DNA of 64,000 bases from Candidatus Micrarchaeota archaeon (GTDB lineage: Archaea; Micrarchaeota; Micrarchaeia; Norongarragalinales; Norongarragalinaceae), in contig JACQQD010000009.1 in NCBI GenBank assembly GCA_016207165.1, positions 32,001-96,000 on the forward strand. Reading direction: 5' to 3'. The translations under genes were made by a program, and so were the position numbers. Every line of letters begins with the position of its first letter. The first letter of the stretch is position 1. Below are positions 18,454 through 27,011 of this stretch, in pieces. The notes under the pieces are model-generated. The model saw nothing but the letters and a program-made list of their open reading frames with translations, was not told the origin of the DNA and did no database searches.

Positions 18454-19523
18454 ACGACGCGGACTTCATGCGCCACGCGATTTCTTTGGCTCAAAACGTG
18501 TACCGCGCGTCGCCCAATCCGCGGGTGGGCTGCGTCCTTGTAAAAGACGGAAACATCATTGGGAAGGGCTTTCACGCCAAGCATGGGGGTCCGCATGCTG
18601 AGGCGGTGGCTTTGGAAGAAGCCGGGGTCAACGCCGCTGGCTCCACGGCGTTTGTGTCGTTGGAGCCGTGCGCGCACGCCGACAAGAAGACGCCGCCGTG
18701 CGCGCAGGCGTTGGTCCGTGCCGGCGTGTCGCGCGTGGTGGTGGGGGTGTTGGACGCCAACCCCAAAGTCAACGGACGCGGCATCGCGTTTCTCAAGGAA
18801 AACGGCGTGGCCGTGACGGAAGGCGTTTTGGAGGCCGAGGCGCTGGAAGTCAACCGGTTTTTTTTCAAATCCGTTTCCCTTCAGCGTCCGTGGGTGACGT
18901 TGAAGATGGCCTCCACCCTGGATGGAAAAATTTCGTCGTCGTCTCCGTGGCTGTCCAATGCGTCCTCGCGGAGAATCGTGCAGCGCCTGCGGGCGGAGCA
19001 TGATGCGGTGCTGGTGGGCAAGAACACGGTGTTAAGCGATGACCCGATGCTTTCGTGTCGGCTTCCCGATGCACTTCAGCCTTTGAAAGTCGTGGTGGAC
19101 TCCACGCTTCAGTGCCCATTGGATGCCCGCGTGTTTGCATCGGGCAACGCCGTTGTGGCCTGCACGACTCAGGCTCCCCTGGATCGCGTGGAGGCTTTCC
19201 GAGAAAAGGGGGTGGCGGTTTGGGTGCTGCCGAAATGCCCGCAGGGAGTTGACTTGGAGGCGTTGGTGAAGCGGTTGGGCGAGCAAAACGTGTTGAGTGT
19301 CTTTGTGGAAGGCGGGGGAAGGCTGGCATCTGCTTTTTTGGACTTGGATTTGGTGGACGAAGCCTACTTTTTCGTGGCGCCGCTTTTGGCGGGATCCGAT
19401 GCGGTGCCGTTGTATTCTTGTAAAAAGGAGAAGCGATTTGCAGGTGCTTTGGTGGCGGTGGTGGACGACGACGCGTGTTTCCGCGTGCGTCTACCCGCTG
19501 TAAAACCAGGCCATGACCAATAG
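18450..19523 (+). CDS. ribD: Bifunctional pyrimidine deaminase / reductase (bacterial type)
   Basis: PNPRVGC, HAE, LEPCAH...PPC Zn motif; ASTLDGKI, VEGGG. Confidence 0.95.
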   Translation: MNDADFMRHAISLAQNVYRASPNPRVGCVLVKDGNIIGKGFHAKHGGPHAEAVALEEAGVNAAGSTAFVSLEPCAHADKKTPPCAQALVRAGVSRVVVGVLDANPKVNGRGIAFLKENGVAVTEGVLEAEALEVNRFFFKSVSLQRPWVTLKMASTLDGKISSSSPWLSNASSRRIVQRLRAEHDAVLVGKNTVLSDDPMLSCRLPDALQPLKVVVDSTLQCPLDARVFASGNAVVACTTQAPLDRVEAFREKGVAVWVLPKCPQGVDLEALVKRLGEQNVLSVFVEGGGRLASAFLDLDLVDEAYFFVAPLLAGSDAVPLYSCKKEKRFAGALVAVVDDDACFRVRLPAVKPGHDQ

Positions 19524-19592
19524 GAAGGGAAACAGCCGCCAGAAGAAGGCTTCGGGCTTGTCTCCCAGGATGTGGACGGCGTGTTTCAGCAT
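19491..19592 (-). CDS. Candidate 33-aa membrane microprotein MLKHAVHILGDKPEAFFWRLFPFLLVMAWFYSG
   Basis: Not in the ORF track; follows the 19612-20007 stop, GGGAG upstream, one hydrophobic helix; overlaps ribD 3' end. Confidence 0.4.
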   Translation of the reverse strand: MLKHAVHILGDKPEAFFWRLFPFLLVMAWFYSG

Positions 19593-19611
19593 CGGGTTTG
19601 GCGTCTCCCTG

Positions 19612-20007
19612 TCAGCGTCTGTTTTTCTTTGCCTCGGTTTTCCTGGTCTTGGTTTTTTTCTGGTGCATGCCTAAAAGGGCGGCGGCTTGTTGTTCGAAGT
19701 GCTTGGCCAGCCGGCGCACCCCCAACATGAATTCGCCTTCGTACAATCCAGCCAAGGCGATGACGCCGAAGGCCACGCCGATGCCGAACCACTCGAAGAT
19801 GCGGTCTGACAAGATCACGGGTTTTCCGCGCAGCTCGTCGAAAAACGTGACGGGATACCGCCACTGGAGGTACTCGTAGACGAGGAACATGGCGGCGGCG
19901 ACCACCAGGATGACCAGCAACCTCCATTTGAGGTTGAACAGCTGCACGCGCTGGTGGTGCGCGATCTTGTAGAAGGACGCGTACTTTTTCAGGCGTTTAA
20001 GGGGCAT
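19612..20007 (-). CDS. Small membrane protein with Lys-rich tail
   Basis: Two TM segments; tightly packed with neighbours. Confidence 0.7.
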   Translation of the reverse strand: MPLKRLKKYASFYKIAHHQRVQLFNLKWRLLVILVVAAAMFLVYEYLQWRYPVTFFDELRGKPVILSDRIFEWFGIGVAFGVIALAGLYEGEFMLGVRRLAKHFEQQAAALLGMHQKKTKTRKTEAKKNRR

Positions 20008-20313
20008 TTAGCGGATTCCTCCGGGTTGGGTTTGTTTGGGTTGTGGAGTCAGGGTGTTGAACAGCATGGTGAACGTCGGCAACATGAACAGAAGCCCGCT
20101 GGTTAATAAAATCCACCCGAACACGCCGAGGCTGCCGATGAGGGGGTGCTCGATGACCAAAAAGTAGACGACGATGCCGGACACCACCAGGGTGAGAAGC
20201 GGGGAGAAGGCCAGTTTTTCCCGGACCCAGGAGTACCACCACCATCCCACGAAAAACAGGATCAGCCACTTGCCGATTTCCAGCCAGAATCCGATGTCGT
20301 CCAAGAGTCCCAT
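20008..20313 (-). CDS. Small membrane protein
   Basis: Three TM segments, WWWYSWVREKL. Confidence 0.75.
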   Translation of the reverse strand: MGLLDDIGFWLEIGKWLILFFVGWWWYSWVREKLAFSPLLTLVVSGIVVYFLVIEHPLIGSLGVFGWILLTSGLLFMLPTFTMLFNTLTPQPKQTQPGGIR

Positions 20314-20320
20314 GTTCACG

Positions 20321-20797
20321 TCACGATTGCATCAGTTGCATGCGCTGCATTTGCTGGAGTTGCTGGTTGCCGCCGCCGGACACCTGGTTTTGCGCCATTT
20401 GTTGCTGGAACCACTCCATCTCTTGCTGGCTGGCGTGGCCCCGCTCGATTTGTTCTTGGACGCGCTGCATTTTGGCCTGCATCTTGCGGGGGTCCGTCTC
20501 TTCGGCGGACGCCAGCCGGTCGCCCATCACGTGGTATCCCAGCAACGGAAACAAGCCGAACCACATGACTTGCTGGATTTGCATGCCGAACAAGAACAAG
20601 AACACGAACGCGGCCGTCAAAAGCACCACGGAAACGCCGTGGATGAAGATCAGAAAGCCGGTGACGGTGGCCGTGATGCCGAACAAAAGGGGCAAGTCGC
20701 GAAACGTCATGTACAGCCAGAACAAAATGTAGGTAAACGACAGGATTTGAACGACGAAACCCAGTTCCGCCAAGGTCTCGAAAATGCCCAGGACCAT
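20321..20797 (-). CDS. Membrane protein with Gln/Met-rich C-terminal tail
   Basis: 3-4 TM segments then QQQMAQNQ...QQLQQMQRMQLMQ. Confidence 0.75.
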   Translation of the reverse strand: MVLGIFETLAELGFVVQILSFTYILFWLYMTFRDLPLLFGITATVTGFLIFIHGVSVVLLTAAFVFLFLFGMQIQQVMWFGLFPLLGYHVMGDRLASAEETDPRKMQAKMQRVQEQIERGHASQQEMEWFQQQMAQNQVSGGGNQQLQQMQRMQLMQS

Positions 20798-20833
20798 GAA
20801 CGGTGTTACGCGTTTCCCACTTAAAAGAGTTGC

Positions 20834-21676
20834 TTACTTCTTTTTCCCCTTGCTTTTCGGCGGCGGCTTTTGGAGGGCTTCCTCGTATTGTGCAAGGGCG
20901 GCCAAGTCTTTTTTGTCCATGGTCTCGTCCCTCTTCATTTTTCCAAGCGCGTCTTTTTTTTCACGGTCCGTGACGGGGCGCATCAACCCCCTGCGGACCA
21001 TTTCGCTGGCGGGGTCCTTGGCGTTGCCCAAGGCCCTGGCTTTGGCGGGGTTGACGTGCCGGAATCCGTCCATGACTTCGTTGAACGCGGATGGATCGAT
21101 GCGGTCCTCTTCTTCCGAGGCCATGCCCAAGCGCCGGATGGCGTTTTGGATGTGCGCGTCAAGCGGGTCCTCTTCGCGTCCCATGGTGCGCAGGTCGTCT
21201 TTGGTGACGAAATTCAGGTTCGCCCTGGCGATACCCTCGCGCTGCTCGGCGTTGGGGTGGACTTGCGTCACCAATACCGGATAGGCGTTGCCGTGTTGCG
21301 CGTGGGCCAAAAAGGCCACGGCCATCTCACGCCCAAGCGCCTTGAATTCCTCCAATGTTTCGCGGTGTCTTTCCGCGTTGGCGTCGCCCTCCTCGGCATC
21401 CGGAATGTGGTAGTCGGACAAAACGATGTGCGCTGGCTGGTTCTTCAGGTGTTCCAAGGCGTCGGCAATGGTTCGTACCCCGTGAAGCTTGACAACCAGG
21501 TTGGCATGCCCGTGTTGCCTGCCCCATTGTTCAATTCTTTTTTTGCGGTTCCGAAACCATTCCCGTATCCGGTCCAATTCGTAGTCCTCGTTTTCCACGT
21601 GCAATACGTGAAGCACTTTAGGCGGTTCTTCCATTTCCCTCATTCGTCGCTGGAGTTCTTCCCGGCCTGGAGCCAT
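20834..21676 (-). CDS. Receiver (REC)-domain protein with uncharacterised C-terminal region
   Basis: VLHVENE acidic pocket, IVLSDYHIPD (phospho-acceptor Asp), VLVT and FVTK in canonical order. Confidence 0.65.
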   Translation of the reverse strand: MAPGREELQRRMREMEEPPKVLHVLHVENEDYELDRIREWFRNRKKRIEQWGRQHGHANLVVKLHGVRTIADALEHLKNQPAHIVLSDYHIPDAEEGDANAERHRETLEEFKALGREMAVAFLAHAQHGNAYPVLVTQVHPNAEQREGIARANLNFVTKDDLRTMGREEDPLDAHIQNAIRRLGMASEEEDRIDPSAFNEVMDGFRHVNPAKARALGNAKDPASEMVRRGLMRPVTDREKKDALGKMKRDETMDKKDLAALAQYEEALQKPPPKSKGKKK

Positions 21677-21702
21677 AACGGGTTACTGGATTGTTCGGGT
21701 TT

Positions 21703-21797
21703 TATAGCAATCCCCGAAAGTAACCCGACAAAATAGTCGGGGATTGCTATCTAGCAAACGGCGCGAAAGTTTCGGGAAACTTTCGCGGTTTGCTATA
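21703..21797 (-). repeat. Double-hairpin element (95 bp)
   Basis: Near-identical to 14796-14890. Confidence 0.95.
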
Positions 21798-21811
21798 ATG
21801 GGTTTCATGAT

Positions 21812-22258
21812 TCAAACCAATCGCCTTCCAAAGAACACGGCGACCCACACCACGAGCGCCAGAATCAAGAGCATGGCGCTTTTCTGGGCGTACTGTTTCC
21901 ATCGGCCGTCGCCCTGGTAGTCCTTGAGCAGGCCTTGGCCGAGGTACGTGGCAGACAACGCGACGATGACTTGCGGTAGCGCGAAAGCCAGGTACGTGGC
22001 GTCCACGGAGCCGGCGCTGTAAAGCGATGCGAACTTGGCCGCCTCGATTCCCAACGCCAACGGGGCGGAAAAACCGAAGAAAAGCGCGCTGAACACGAAG
22101 ACGAAGGTGAGGCTCAATAGTTCGCTTTGCACGTCGTTGGGGACAAACGCGTACGGCGGCTCCAATTGGATGGCTTGCGGCTGGCTCAAGTTGAATCCGT
22201 ACACCGCGAAAAAAACGCCGCAAAACACGATGACTGAAAACAACGCAATCCATTTCAC
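21812..22258 (-). CDS. Small multi-pass membrane protein
   Basis: Four hydrophobic segments; start overlaps the stop of the DUF424-like gene. Confidence 0.7.
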   Translation of the reverse strand: MKWIALFSVIVFCGVFFAVYGFNLSQPQAIQLEPPYAFVPNDVQSELLSLTFVFVFSALFFGFSAPLALGIEAAKFASLYSAGSVDATYLAFALPQVIVALSATYLGQGLLKDYQGDGRWKQYAQKSAMLLILALVVWVAVFFGRRLV

Positions 22259-22572
22259 AGGTAGTACACCTGGACGTGCGGCACTCCGGCGATTTTCTTG
22301 ACCGCCGACTTGTTGATGGGTAACGCCGAGAGAGCCGCTTGAACCGCTTTTTCGCCGACCACGTTGATGTTGCGCGCCTGCCGAAGCATCTCTCCGGCTT
22401 CCGCCGCCGTCACCGCGGTTCCTTCGTAGAATCCCCGGTAGGTCTTCAAGTCAATCACGGCGTCGCCTTGACGCAACACCTTGCCTAAAAGTGTGCGGTC
22501 GCATACCGCGGTCACCGACTTCTTGACGCCGTGGCCGTCCCGGCGTTCATGGATTTTGGCGACGAGGCTCAC
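22255..22572 (-). CDS. DUF424-family protein
   Basis: AKIHER...AVCDRTLLGK...FYEG...NVVGEKAV...IAGVPHVQ; GTG start overlaps the upstream stop. Confidence 0.85.
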   Translation of the reverse strand: MSLVAKIHERRDGHGVKKSVTAVCDRTLLGKVLRQGDAVIDLKTYRGFYEGTAVTAAEAGEMLRQARNINVVGEKAVQAALSALPINKSAVKKIAGVPHVQVYYL

Positions 22573-23486
22573 CGTTTTTTCACCTTGGGTTTGGCCTTTC
22601 CGGACTTTCGCACCGGCTTTTTGGGTTTCTTGGCTGGAGCGACGGAAACGCTCCGGGTTTGAGGCGTTGCCGCGGCTTGGGGTTTTTCCAAGGCGAGAAA
22701 CGCGTGCGCCACGAAATGCAGTTGCACGATTTCCGCGGCAAACACGACCAGCAACGCGATGAACACGGCGGCCAAAATAGACGGGACCAAGAGCAGGCCT
22801 AACGCCGACGCGTTGAATCCCACCACCGCCAACGCCAAAATGGCTAGAACCAGTAATCCCAAAAGTCCGGCCAGCATGACTCCGACGGCCAACAGGGTGG
22901 AGACCAACATGACGAGCAGCACGTCGATGGGTTCCCGCAGAAACACGTGCACGCTTTTCTTGATGGCGGCCCAGGCGGAGACGTCGGAGAGCACGACGTA
23001 AAAGTCCACGAACAAAAACGTGAGGCCCAGCGCCAGGGAGACGAGCAACCCCAGCGCTCCGAAGAGTCCCTCCAACGCTGGCACGGCCAGTCCGCCGAGG
23101 TTCAGGGGAATGGCCAACAGCACGTTGACGGCGGTGACAAACAACGCGGCGCCCACCAGCGACCAGAACCGGGGCTTGAAGTCGTTTAAGCTCTGCGTAA
23201 GGGTTCCGCCATGCACGGCGTTCTGGATGACGGCGCCGTACACTGCCAACCCGCCCAACACCAGGAACGCCAGCCAAACGAAGCCGAAAAAAATCAGGAG
23301 GCCCAATGATGACGCACTGGATAAAATGGTGGCGGGGTTCAAGGCGCCCAAGGCGTACGCCAGCGCGCCGAGAGTCAATAACGAAAGTACGGCGGCCACG
23401 GCAAAACCCAGGTACGCCCAAACCGCTTGGGAATGGCGGGCGTAATTCAAGGCGCTTCTGGCCAACGCCCCGTATTGCAAGTCCAT
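22569..23486 (-). CDS. Multi-pass membrane protein with Lys-rich tail
   Basis: About six TM helices, SAWAAIKKSV motif. Confidence 0.75.
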   Translation of the reverse strand: MDLQYGALARSALNYARHSQAVWAYLGFAVAAVLSLLTLGALAYALGALNPATILSSASSLGLLIFFGFVWLAFLVLGGLAVYGAVIQNAVHGGTLTQSLNDFKPRFWSLVGAALFVTAVNVLLAIPLNLGGLAVPALEGLFGALGLLVSLALGLTFLFVDFYVVLSDVSAWAAIKKSVHVFLREPIDVLLVMLVSTLLAVGVMLAGLLGLLVLAILALAVVGFNASALGLLLVPSILAAVFIALLVVFAAEIVQLHFVAHAFLALEKPQAAATPQTRSVSVAPAKKPKKPVRKSGKAKPKVKKR

Positions 23487-23546
23487 GATGGTTGGGTAAC
23501 GCCGTTGAACTTTTTAAACGGATGCGGGGGGGAGTCGGGTAACGGT

Positions 23547-24212
23547 TCAAGCCGTCCTTCTTCGGGCTAGGACTTCGCGGGCTTTTCGGACGCGCTCGGC
23601 AGTCTCATTCCAACGCTGGGCGGTGGGGTGGAAAACGACGTTGTCACGGTCGGCGGTGTGCCGGACTACTCCGTGCATGCGTTCCAAGTCCGCGAGTTTT
23701 ACGCTGGCCGTTCTGCGCAGTCTGCTTAACGTTTGCCTCCTTTGCCGGAATTCGTCCAGCCGGGTTAGGTTGCCCGCGGTGGGCCCAACGGTTTGGCGTT
23801 GGCTGGGAATGGCTTTGGGTTGAAACTTCAGCGCGTGCGCCGTAATTTGGTTTCTGAATTCAGGGTTGTTCCTGATTTTCTCAACGAATTCTTCGGCGGT
23901 CTGCTTGTTTTGAGGCGTCATCACCAAATCGAATTCGGGGTTCATCGTCTTGCGAATGATGTTCCGCCACACCAGCGGGTCGTTAATCAATGGAATGGGA
24001 ATGAGGCGGGACGCGGTGTAGACGATCGATTCAATGGGGAATTGTTTGAACCGCTCCGCCGTGGCTTGCGCGCTTTCCTCTAGGGCCTCGCTGGCGGCGC
24101 GAACAAATCCTTTCTTGGCCGGGTACGCCTTGCTTTTGGCCATCATGGACGCGAGGTCGTCGGTGGACAACGCTTTTTTGGGTGCATTGCTCGTCATGGC
24201 GTTTGGGTCCAT
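23547..24212 (-). CDS. Hypothetical basic protein
   Basis: 221-aa ORF filling the gap, TTTTAA box upstream; no recognised motif. Confidence 0.6.
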   Translation of the reverse strand: MDPNAMTSNAPKKALSTDDLASMMAKSKAYPAKKGFVRAASEALEESAQATAERFKQFPIESIVYTASRLIPIPLINDPLVWRNIIRKTMNPEFDLVMTPQNKQTAEEFVEKIRNNPEFRNQITAHALKFQPKAIPSQRQTVGPTAGNLTRLDEFRQRRQTLSRLRRTASVKLADLERMHGVVRHTADRDNVVFHPTAQRWNETAERVRKAREVLARRRTA

Positions 24213-24301
24213 GAATTGATGGCGTTTTTGGAATTAAAAGCCGCGTTTTCGGGTTTTCCAGGCCTGCGCCTTTTTAGTTCAAGCGCGTTCCAAATGTTTT
24301 C

Positions 24302-25051
24302 ATGAAGGAATTGGAAGATCTGTTGAAGGCGGCGGATGCCGCGGACGCCGTCTTGCTTAAGCACTTTCGAAAACCATTGAAAACGAAGCAGAAGCCGGAT
24401 GGGTCGTGGGTGACGCAGGCCGACGAGGAAGCCGAGAAAGCCGTACTGGCCGTGTTGCGGGACGCGTTCCCGGATTGCGGCGTTTTGGCCGAGGAATCCG
24501 GGGAATCCGGTTCCAACCTAAACCGGTGGGTCATCGACCCTTTGGACGGAACGCACTCGTACATGCGGGGCCTGCCGTTTTGCGGGCCGCTTTTGGCGTT
24601 CGAGAAAAACGGTGAAGTTCTTGCCGGCGTGATTTCCTTGCCCATGTTGAAAGAACGCGTGTGGGCGGAAAAAGGGAAAGGTTGTTTTTGGAACGGGAAA
24701 CAATGCAGGGTTTCAACGGTTTCAAATTTGACGGAGTCGTTTTTGACGTTTGAACTTAAACGCTCCACCGAGGAAGGATTCGGTCCCGCGTTGCTGGAGT
24801 TGTCGACCCAGGCCAAGAACGAGAAAGGGTATTCGGACGCCTACGCCTATTTCTTGGTGGCCACCGGCCAAGCGGAAGCCTTCATTGAAGGCTATCCGCA
24901 CCCGTGGGATGTGGCTGCTCCCCGCATTTGCCTCCAGGAAGCCGGAGGGAAAATGACGAAGCTGGCTGGAAAAAAGAACGGGTTGAACGTGGCCTCCAAC
25001 GCGGCGCTTCACAAAAATCTGTGTGATTTTCTTTCTTCTCGGCGGTCTTGA
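24302..25051 (+). CDS. Inositol monophosphatase family protein (HisN-like)
   Basis: VTQADEEAE, LAEE, WVIDPLDGT, WDVAA. Confidence 0.9.
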   Translation: MKELEDLLKAADAADAVLLKHFRKPLKTKQKPDGSWVTQADEEAEKAVLAVLRDAFPDCGVLAEESGESGSNLNRWVIDPLDGTHSYMRGLPFCGPLLAFEKNGEVLAGVISLPMLKERVWAEKGKGCFWNGKQCRVSTVSNLTESFLTFELKRSTEEGFGPALLELSTQAKNEKGYSDAYAYFLVATGQAEAFIEGYPHPWDVAAPRICLQEAGGKMTKLAGKKNGLNVASNAALHKNLCDFLSSRRS

Positions 25052-25092
25052 ATCGGTTTCTATTAATACGTTTGAATCGTTAATTGAGTCGT

Positions 25093-26832
25093 ATGGATTT
25101 CTCGGAACTCGTGGCGCTGTATGAGAAACTGGAGTCGACTCCCAAGCGCCTGGAAATGACGGATTATTTGGCCGCGTACTTCAAGGAAGTTCCGAAGACG
25201 AAGATCCGTCGCGTCGTGTACCTCATCCAAGGCATTTTAGTGCCGGAACACCAAGGCGTGGAACTGGGGGTGGCCGACAAGCTGTGCATGCGGGCCATCG
25301 CCAACGCATCGGGCCAGTCCATCAAAAACATTGAAGCCGCGTTCCGGAAAAAAGGCGACTTGGGGGTCGTGGCGCAGGACGCCATGTCCAAGAAGACGCA
25401 GACCACGCTGTCGTCAAGCGAGTTGTCGGTGGACAAGGTGTACGACAACTTGTTCAAGGTGGCTACGGCTTCTGGTGCGGGAAGCCAGGACCACAAGATC
25501 AAATTGTTATCCGAATTGTTTTCCAGCAGTGCGCCTTTGGAGGCCAAAGCCATTGCGCGGTTTGTCACCGGCTCACTTCGGTTGGGCGTTGCGGAGCCGA
25601 CCATCATTGACGCGCTGAGCGTTTGGAGCGTGGGGGATAAGTCAGCCAAAGAAGATTTGGAGCGCGCGTTCAACTTGACGTCGGATTTGGGTTGGGTGGC
25701 TGAGACCTTGTTTGAGAAGGGCATGGAATCGGTGAAAACGTTTTCGCCCACGCCGTTTCACCCCATTCGGCCCGCGTTGGCCGAGCGGTTGCCTTCCGCC
25801 GAGAAAATCATCGAGAAGCTGGGAACCGCCAGCGTGGAGGCCAAGTACGACGGGCTCCGGTTGCAAGTGCACAAAAAAGGCGATGAGGTCCGCATTTACT
25901 CGCGGCGGCAGGAAAACGTGACGCCCATGTTTCCGGATGTGGTGGCGGCCACGAAAAAGCAGTTTGCCGCCAAGGACGCCATTTTCGAGGGGGAAGCCAT
26001 TGGCGTGGATGCGGCCGGCAAATTCGTGGCGTTCCAGGAAACCGTGCAGCGAAAGCGCAAGCACGGCGTGGCCGAGGCCGCGCAACAAATTCCTCTGAAA
26101 TTGTTTTGCTTTGAGTTGTTGTACGCGGACGGCAGGGACTTGACGAACGAACCGTACCAATTGCGGAGAGAGGAGTTGGAAAAACGCGTCAGGAAGGGAA
26201 CTGTGTTGGATGTGGCGGCTACGCACCTGGTTTCGGATTCCAAGGAATTGGAAACGTTGTTCGACGCGTTCGTGGGCGAAGGCCTTGAAGGAGTGATGGC
26301 CAAAGACCTTGAAGCCCCGTACGTGGCGGGCGCCCGAAAGTTTGCGTGGATCAAACTCAAGCGCTCGTACGCGTCCAACTTGGCGGACTCGCTGGACGTC
26401 GTCGTCATCGGTTTTTACTACGGGAAAGGCAAGCGCACCAAATTCGGCTTTGGGGGACTGCTTACGGCGGTGTACGACGAATCGTCCAACCAATTCAAAA
26501 GCATTGCCAAAATCGGCACCGGATTTAACGAAGAGCAAATGAGTGCCTTTCGCGAACTCTTGGAAAAAGACGTGGTTCCGGAAAAGCCCAAGAACGTGGA
26601 TTGCCTCATCGTTCCCGACGAGTGGGTCAAGCCCAAGCACGTGGTGACCGTGGTGGCCGACGAATTGACGCGTTCCCCGACGCATACCGCGGGTTGGAAG
26701 GACCAGGAGGGCTTGGCGCTTCGTTTTCCAAGGCTCAAGGGCTTTGTCCGGGAGGACAAGGCGGCCAAACAAGCTACTACGGTCAAGGAAGTCCTGGATT
26801 TGTACGACTTGCAGCGGTCTCGGTCGGGTTGA
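25093..26832 (+). CDS. lig: ATP-dependent DNA ligase
   Basis: EAKYDGLRLQVH, EGVMAK, WIKLK, LRFPR; N-terminal DNA-binding domain. Confidence 0.97.
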   Translation: MDFSELVALYEKLESTPKRLEMTDYLAAYFKEVPKTKIRRVVYLIQGILVPEHQGVELGVADKLCMRAIANASGQSIKNIEAAFRKKGDLGVVAQDAMSKKTQTTLSSSELSVDKVYDNLFKVATASGAGSQDHKIKLLSELFSSSAPLEAKAIARFVTGSLRLGVAEPTIIDALSVWSVGDKSAKEDLERAFNLTSDLGWVAETLFEKGMESVKTFSPTPFHPIRPALAERLPSAEKIIEKLGTASVEAKYDGLRLQVHKKGDEVRIYSRRQENVTPMFPDVVAATKKQFAAKDAIFEGEAIGVDAAGKFVAFQETVQRKRKHGVAEAAQQIPLKLFCFELLYADGRDLTNEPYQLRREELEKRVRKGTVLDVAATHLVSDSKELETLFDAFVGEGLEGVMAKDLEAPYVAGARKFAWIKLKRSYASNLADSLDVVVIGFYYGKGKRTKFGFGGLLTAVYDESSNQFKSIAKIGTGFNEEQMSAFRELLEKDVVPEKPKNVDCLIVPDEWVKPKHVVTVVADELTRSPTHTAGWKDQEGLALRFPRLKGFVREDKAAKQATTVKEVLDLYDLQRSRSG

Positions 26833-27011
26833 ATTGAACCAAACGTAAGACATTTCGTTGACTGTCGAACTTTCTTTGTTTTTGGTTTTCGGGGTGTTGG
26901 TCTCTAGGGTATTTCCCGCCCAAAAATTCCGTGGTTTCAGAAAGGTATTTATATATCTTTGCGATTTTTAAATGGAATTCGTTTCACAGACGTTTTCAGA
27001 GGGCGATTAGC

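Noticed and set aside
12596-21797. Hairpin repeats as a CRISPR array or simple terminators
   Set aside because: Copies are dispersed over kilobases with no spacers or cas genes and have no T-tract on the sense strand.
22573-23550. 431-aa ORF apparently extending the DUF424-like gene
   Set aside because: The upstream part overlaps the 305-aa membrane gene in another frame; only 22255-22572 is credible.
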